Source: Nitrosopumilaceae archaeon (GTDB lineage: Archaea; Thermoproteota; Nitrososphaeria; Nitrososphaerales; Nitrosopumilaceae). From it: 64,000 nt of DNA. The position numbers and the translations under genes are program-made. The notes below the pieces were generated by a model. The model was not told the origin of the DNA. It saw only the letters and a program-made list of their open reading frames with translations, and did not search any database. The stretch covers positions 2,048,001-2,112,000 of the forward strand of contig OZ242365.1 of the NCBI GenBank assembly GCA_965208905.1, given 5' to 3'. Shown here piece after piece: positions 59,619 to 64,000 of this stretch. Each line of letters begins with the position of its first letter. Position 1 is the stretch's first letter.

Positions 59619-60617
59619 CTAGGGCTCAGGAAGTTCGTCCTGGACAATCCCATCAGCCAAAACTGCCTTGATTATCGCCTTCAACTCGTCAAATGTGGTG
59701 GTTCTATCCGGGTCTTCGTTGATTGCCAGGTCTGAACCGAGGATGGTATACTTGCCGTTTTGCAGTCCTGCCACGTAATAGTTGTCCCCATAAATGCTGT
59801 CCGGATCCTTGTCATCTACGAATACCAGGACCGTCTCGCCCATCTCGAACATCGGGACACCCTCCACGGTTGACCGATACTCGTCTGTCTCACCTCCCTG
59901 CACCCGTACCACCATGAACGCCTCGTCGTAGACACCCTTCAAATCCTCAAAGACCGCAATACGGACATGAGTGAACACGCTGGGGATGCCAGCCTCGTCA
60001 AATTCAACCGGTTGTGACTCTATCCCGGTCACTATCCCGTGGATGGCATGGCGGGTGTGGTTTGCCAGAAACTCCAGGGTGACGGGCGGTACCTCGGCAA
60101 CAGCGTCCAACTCTATCTTTTCATCCTCCTGCCACCAGCAGTTCATTACGATGGTCATGGTGTTGGGCGCATCATAATTGTTCACCCATACTTGATTCTG
60201 TGCGTGGAAGGAACACGACTGCATTCCTGATATCTCCCAGTCCAGATAATCGCGGGGTTGGTGATCCCAACTATCCCGGTTGTACAGGCTTAAATGCTCC
60301 ATGCCATCAAAGTCACCGCCGCCTGCCCCGCCGCCATAACGCTCGCCGCAACTCATCATTACCGTGGTGGTAGTGTTGGCAAAGTTAAACTCGTCGTACA
60401 CTATGTTCAGTGTACAGTCGCCATACTGGCCGTCCCGGTGGCTACTGGTGAGACGCGGCTGACTCATGTACTCCTGCATTAGCAGTTCTTGTGCTGCTTC
60501 TACCGGATCTACCTCTTCCATGGTGGTGATGTTGCCCTCTTCAGATACGGCCAAACCCACAACTAACCCGGATAACATGATAGCCGGCACCAACGCGAGC
60601 AACCAGTAGCGGTTCAT
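59619..60617 (-). CDS. Secreted hypothetical protein
   Basis: Signal peptide; 4-Cys domain; beta-rich C-domain AIHGIVTGI..VRVQGG..FEMGETVLVF. Confidence 0.75.
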   Translation of the reverse strand: MNRYWLLALVPAIMLSGLVVGLAVSEEGNITTMEEVDPVEAAQELLMQEYMSQPRLTSSHRDGQYGDCTLNIVYDEFNFANTTTTVMMSCGERYGGGAGGGDFDGMEHLSLYNRDSWDHQPRDYLDWEISGMQSCSFHAQNQVWVNNYDAPNTMTIVMNCWWQEDEKIELDAVAEVPPVTLEFLANHTRHAIHGIVTGIESQPVEFDEAGIPSVFTHVRIAVFEDLKGVYDEAFMVVRVQGGETDEYRSTVEGVPMFEMGETVLVFVDDKDPDSIYGDNYYVAGLQNGKYTILGSDLAINEDPDRTTTFDELKAIIKAVLADGIVQDELPEP

Positions 60618-60679
60618 GGTGTACGACAGTATCGTGTCTATATAAGAGATTATCGTGAGTTTGGGTTAGTGTTGGGATT

Positions 60680-60760
60680 CCAGGCAGGCCAAGTACTGGG
60701 AATGGGGCACAGCCACGACGAAAAGCACTTGATGTATGGCACGGCAAACCTGACACCCGA
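60680..60760 (+). pseudogene. Matrixin (M10) metalloprotease relic
   Basis: GQVLGMGHSHDEKHLMYG resembles HExGHxLGLxHS...LMY but lacks the HE and the second His. Confidence 0.45.
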
Positions 60761-61055
60761 CAAGACGTTTGCCGATTTGGGTTATACAGTTCCGTGTTTG
60801 TCAATCAGTAACTGTGAGAACATTGGGAGCGATTATAAGACCAGAGAGGCGTGCGATACCGCATAGTGCAGGGCGAGACACACATGTCAGAGTCATGGCG
60901 GGGCTTCACGGCATGACGGCTCCGCCCAACAGGGAGAAGCATCTCCATGCAGGGCGGAAATCCCTGGGCCAACCAAAACTTAAAAATTGTTCAGGGGTGT
61001 AAGATAGCAGTATTGGACGGGTGTAAACGACCTTTGGGGCAGTACAGGTGACAGA

Positions 61056-62696
61056 GTGGTGTTGTGGCCAAAAATATTTTTGGTGGTTGTAGTAATGATG
61101 GGTGCGGTGTTTGTCGGAGAGGCGCATGCCCAGATACCAGATGTGGTCAAGATAGCCATACTGCTTCCCCTTAGCGGAGAGTTATCCTCGTTTGGTACGC
61201 AGCTAAACTATGCGGCCGAGCTGGCAATAGCCGACTTTAACTCATATCTGAAAGAAAATGGTATTGTATGGCGCCTTGAAGCCGTGCACGAAGATACAGA
61301 GACCAATCCCGTCAGAGCCTTGGAGAAGGTACAAATCCTACATGCCCACGGAATAGACATTATCGTGGGTCCGGTTGGTTCAGCACAACTCTCCAACATG
61401 CTTCCATATATGAACGACAACAACATGATGGCTATCTCGCCCAGCAGCACCGCATCAGCCTTAGCCATAGCGGGTGATGCGGCATTTCGCACGGTTCCTA
61501 ACGACATAAACCAAGCACGGGCCATTGGAGCCACGCTAAAACACTGGGGAATCGAAGTTATCGTGCCCATGTGGAGGGGAGAGGTGTATGGGGATGGTTT
61601 AACAGATACCGTTGTATCGGACTTTGAGTCGCGGGGAGGCATCATACATGACGGTGTCAGGTATAATCCCGAGTCCAATGACTTCTCCGTGAGTGTGTCG
61701 GAGTTGGCAGATTTGGTCTCCGAGGCGGCAGATAGGTACGGTGCAGACCGTACTGCAGTACTGCTGGTGGCCTTTGATGAAGCCGTCCCCATACTCCAGA
61801 CCGCTTCTATATATGGCATACTGGATGATGTGCGTTGGATTGGTGGCGAGGGCTTTGCCAAGTCCACGGTTGTCTCCTCTGACCCAATAGCTGCACAGTT
61901 TGCCACTGATACAAGACTGCACACAATCCAACTCCTTCTGAATCTTGGCGGGCGAGCCAACTCGATAAGCGACTACGTCTATGAACGGCTGGGCAGCGAG
62001 TCTATCTTTCACATATATACAATGTATGATGCAGTTTGGCTAGCCGGACTGAGCATATTGGAGGCGAACAGTTCGAACCCCGCCGATGTCCGTAAAGTTG
62101 TACGCGATGTGGCCGTATCGCATTCGGATGGAGCTCTGAGCTCCGTCGAACTTAATGCGGCAGGAGATCTTATGCTTGGCAGCTACGAGCTGTGGAGGTT
62201 GGGCGAGAACGGTTGGGTCAGAAGCCTAGTGTATGATGGTCAGAGCGACAGCATTAGGCAGACCATGGTGGATGGTACTATATTTGCGCCAGATTATGTT
62301 ATTCAGGGAGGTTCAGTTCTGAATATGTATACCAACCCACAAGAGGCTGCGCTGATAGTAGAGATCATGGCGGATGTGGACGGAATGCTGGATATTACGC
62401 TGCCTCGAGGTCTGGTGGATTCGCAGACCGGCGAGGGGGCCGACTCTGGATTCTTTGTGCTGATAAATGGAGAGGAGACACCATACGAGGAAACCGGAGC
62501 CGATGACGACTCGCGAACCTTGTCTATATGGTTTGCAGCCGGCACCGACAAGATAGAGATTATAGGCACTTCGGCGGCGATTCCAGAATTTGAAGAGATT
62601 GGCATGCTGGTACTGGCCGCCGGCCTGATTCTGATGGCCGCAATCTCTATAATATATCGAACAAATACAACACGCCCGCTTCTAAATATCCGGTAA
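61056..62696 (+). CDS. Type I solute-binding protein with PEFG-CTERM-like (IPEF) sorting tail
   Basis: KIAILLPLSG, FRTVPND, LDITLPR..IEIIGTS.IPEF + TM helix + basic tail. Confidence 0.88.
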   Translation: MVLWPKIFLVVVVMMGAVFVGEAHAQIPDVVKIAILLPLSGELSSFGTQLNYAAELAIADFNSYLKENGIVWRLEAVHEDTETNPVRALEKVQILHAHGIDIIVGPVGSAQLSNMLPYMNDNNMMAISPSSTASALAIAGDAAFRTVPNDINQARAIGATLKHWGIEVIVPMWRGEVYGDGLTDTVVSDFESRGGIIHDGVRYNPESNDFSVSVSELADLVSEAADRYGADRTAVLLVAFDEAVPILQTASIYGILDDVRWIGGEGFAKSTVVSSDPIAAQFATDTRLHTIQLLLNLGGRANSISDYVYERLGSESIFHIYTMYDAVWLAGLSILEANSSNPADVRKVVRDVAVSHSDGALSSVELNAAGDLMLGSYELWRLGENGWVRSLVYDGQSDSIRQTMVDGTIFAPDYVIQGGSVLNMYTNPQEAALIVEIMADVDGMLDITLPRGLVDSQTGEGADSGFFVLINGEETPYEETGADDDSRTLSIWFAAGTDKIEIIGTSAAIPEFEEIGMLVLAAGLILMAAISIIYRTNTTRPLLNIR

Positions 62697-63551
62697 TATG
62701 TATAGCCTGCAAGCGCATGACGGATGTGGTTTGGATTTTTAATATCGAGTCTGTCTTTGAAAGTCTATTCTGAGTGCCAATCCGAATTCAGATGGCAAAT
62801 TGCGACAAAAAAATACCATGATCTTGTATGTCGTTTGGGATCAGTTGTAGGTCAGGGCAGCTACACCTGATTGCCCTGCGGCTTGGACAGTATCTGACCA
62901 TATATTCCGGCGGATTGGCATCACTTATCGCACCCGTCTGCTGAGCAACTTTGCATATATGTAGGCGGCAAACTCGGCGCGGTTGCCAAGCACCATATGG
63001 TGTATAAACACAAAACACCACACGGCCCTGCTGTATAGCGGTGTACATACTAGCAGACAATAGGATCCGATAGGTTTTGGGTGCGATGACCTGAATTGAC
63101 GAATTTACCCCACATCCGAGTAGATCCGCAGTGCCGCCGACCCAAACACTAAGATCAGGTATATTCTCTCACACCTACATAGCGCGCACCAAAACTGGAG
63201 GAGAATCGGGAAAGATTCCCATCGGGGGAGTGTATACGAAAGTTAACTTTTATGGATTAATCCTCTTAAGGTTCTGTAAAAACCCGCAATCAGACGACAT
63301 CCTTATACGGATGTAGACGTGTGGATATTGGTTACTCCAAAACAGTAGCTGACATACTTCCTTTGCGGTTCTGGTAAGTTATGGGTACATGAAACAAGGT
63401 GGAAAATAGGGTATATGGAAATATGAAATTAAAGTTAAAGATTCTTTTTGATAAGAAAGAGAGTATTATGTATCTAATATCAGTAAATCGTGTATAACCA
63501 AGTTTGGGTATCAAGTGTCTTGGGAATCCATAATTCTTCTTTGGTGATACC

Positions 63552-63845
63552 CTAGTTGTTATAGTGTGTATCTATAATTCGCACCAATGCATGAGTTAGA
63601 TGAAGCATGGTTATCTTGCGGGGCGGGCGTGCTTCAAATGTACTCTTTTCCTTTTCAAGGGTACGGACTTTACATAACAGCGCCTTAAGGTATGCCATTG
63701 TCGTTTCGTCTGCCCGTACTGTTGTAACTCCCTTTGCCCTGTTGTAGGTATGTCCTTTAGCCGCCGTTACTGTCGTTATATTGTCCCGTGGGTAATCTGG
63801 CAAATTTTCTAGTATGTCTCTCTCTAATGTCATGACATAGCACAT
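63552..63845 (-). CDS. Hypothetical small protein
   Basis: 97-aa ORF with a TATA-like box upstream; no recognised motif. Confidence 0.45.
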   Translation of the reverse strand: MCYVMTLERDILENLPDYPRDNITTVTAAKGHTYNRAKGVTTVRADETTMAYLKALLCKVRTLEKEKSTFEARPPRKITMLHLTHALVRIIDTHYNN

Positions 63846-64000
63846 GAACCATGTTTTTTATAACATATTATAATCAGTATGTCTACAATGTGCTCATTTG
63901 TGTTCACTTCAAGTCTCTACAGGTTAAATTCAACAAACCTATAATACAACCACATACGCACCAATACTGCCACACGGGGCATAACTTTCGTCTCGTTAAT

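Noticed and set aside
62700-63550. Short ORFs near the window end
   Set aside because: No motifs or convincing start signals.

Overview
Archaeal DNA that I infer comes from Nitrososphaerota (Nitrosopumilaceae/Cenarchaeum-like). The evidence is an IPEF/PEFG-CTERM sorting tail, LysW-type Arg/Lys genes, Alba, deoxyhypusine synthase, a BHB-intron tRNA and TATA boxes about 23 nt before start codons. Bases 1-40.9 kb are mostly housekeeping genes interrupted by IS elements: korA, egtB/egtD, haem genes, dys, glnA, the arg/lys operon, purD, the ilv/leu operon, aspS and a two-intron tRNA-Leu. From tRNA-Leu to the end is an accessory island with IS481, IS6, IS3 and IS630 elements, an integrase relic, an MTase, an SF2 helicase with an inserted PKD domain and secreted binding proteins. 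Main finding: four divergent TnpB-family RNA-guided nuclease genes (two intact, two decayed) do not have IS200/IS605-type ends. Three lie between terminal inverted repeats starting GGGAATTA, one with a perfect 8-bp target-site duplication, and the fourth keeps one related end. The ends resemble the GGGAAATTAGGG terminus of a neighbouring IS6-family DDE transposon. This suggests TnpB carried as cargo by non-autonomous DDE-type elements. Other candidates are a Leu/Val/Thr-rich leader peptide plus hairpin before ilvB, two unannotated Cys-rich microproteins and a GC-rich glnA bracketed by IS6-type ends. Protein family calls come from motifs recognised by eye; no database searches were run.
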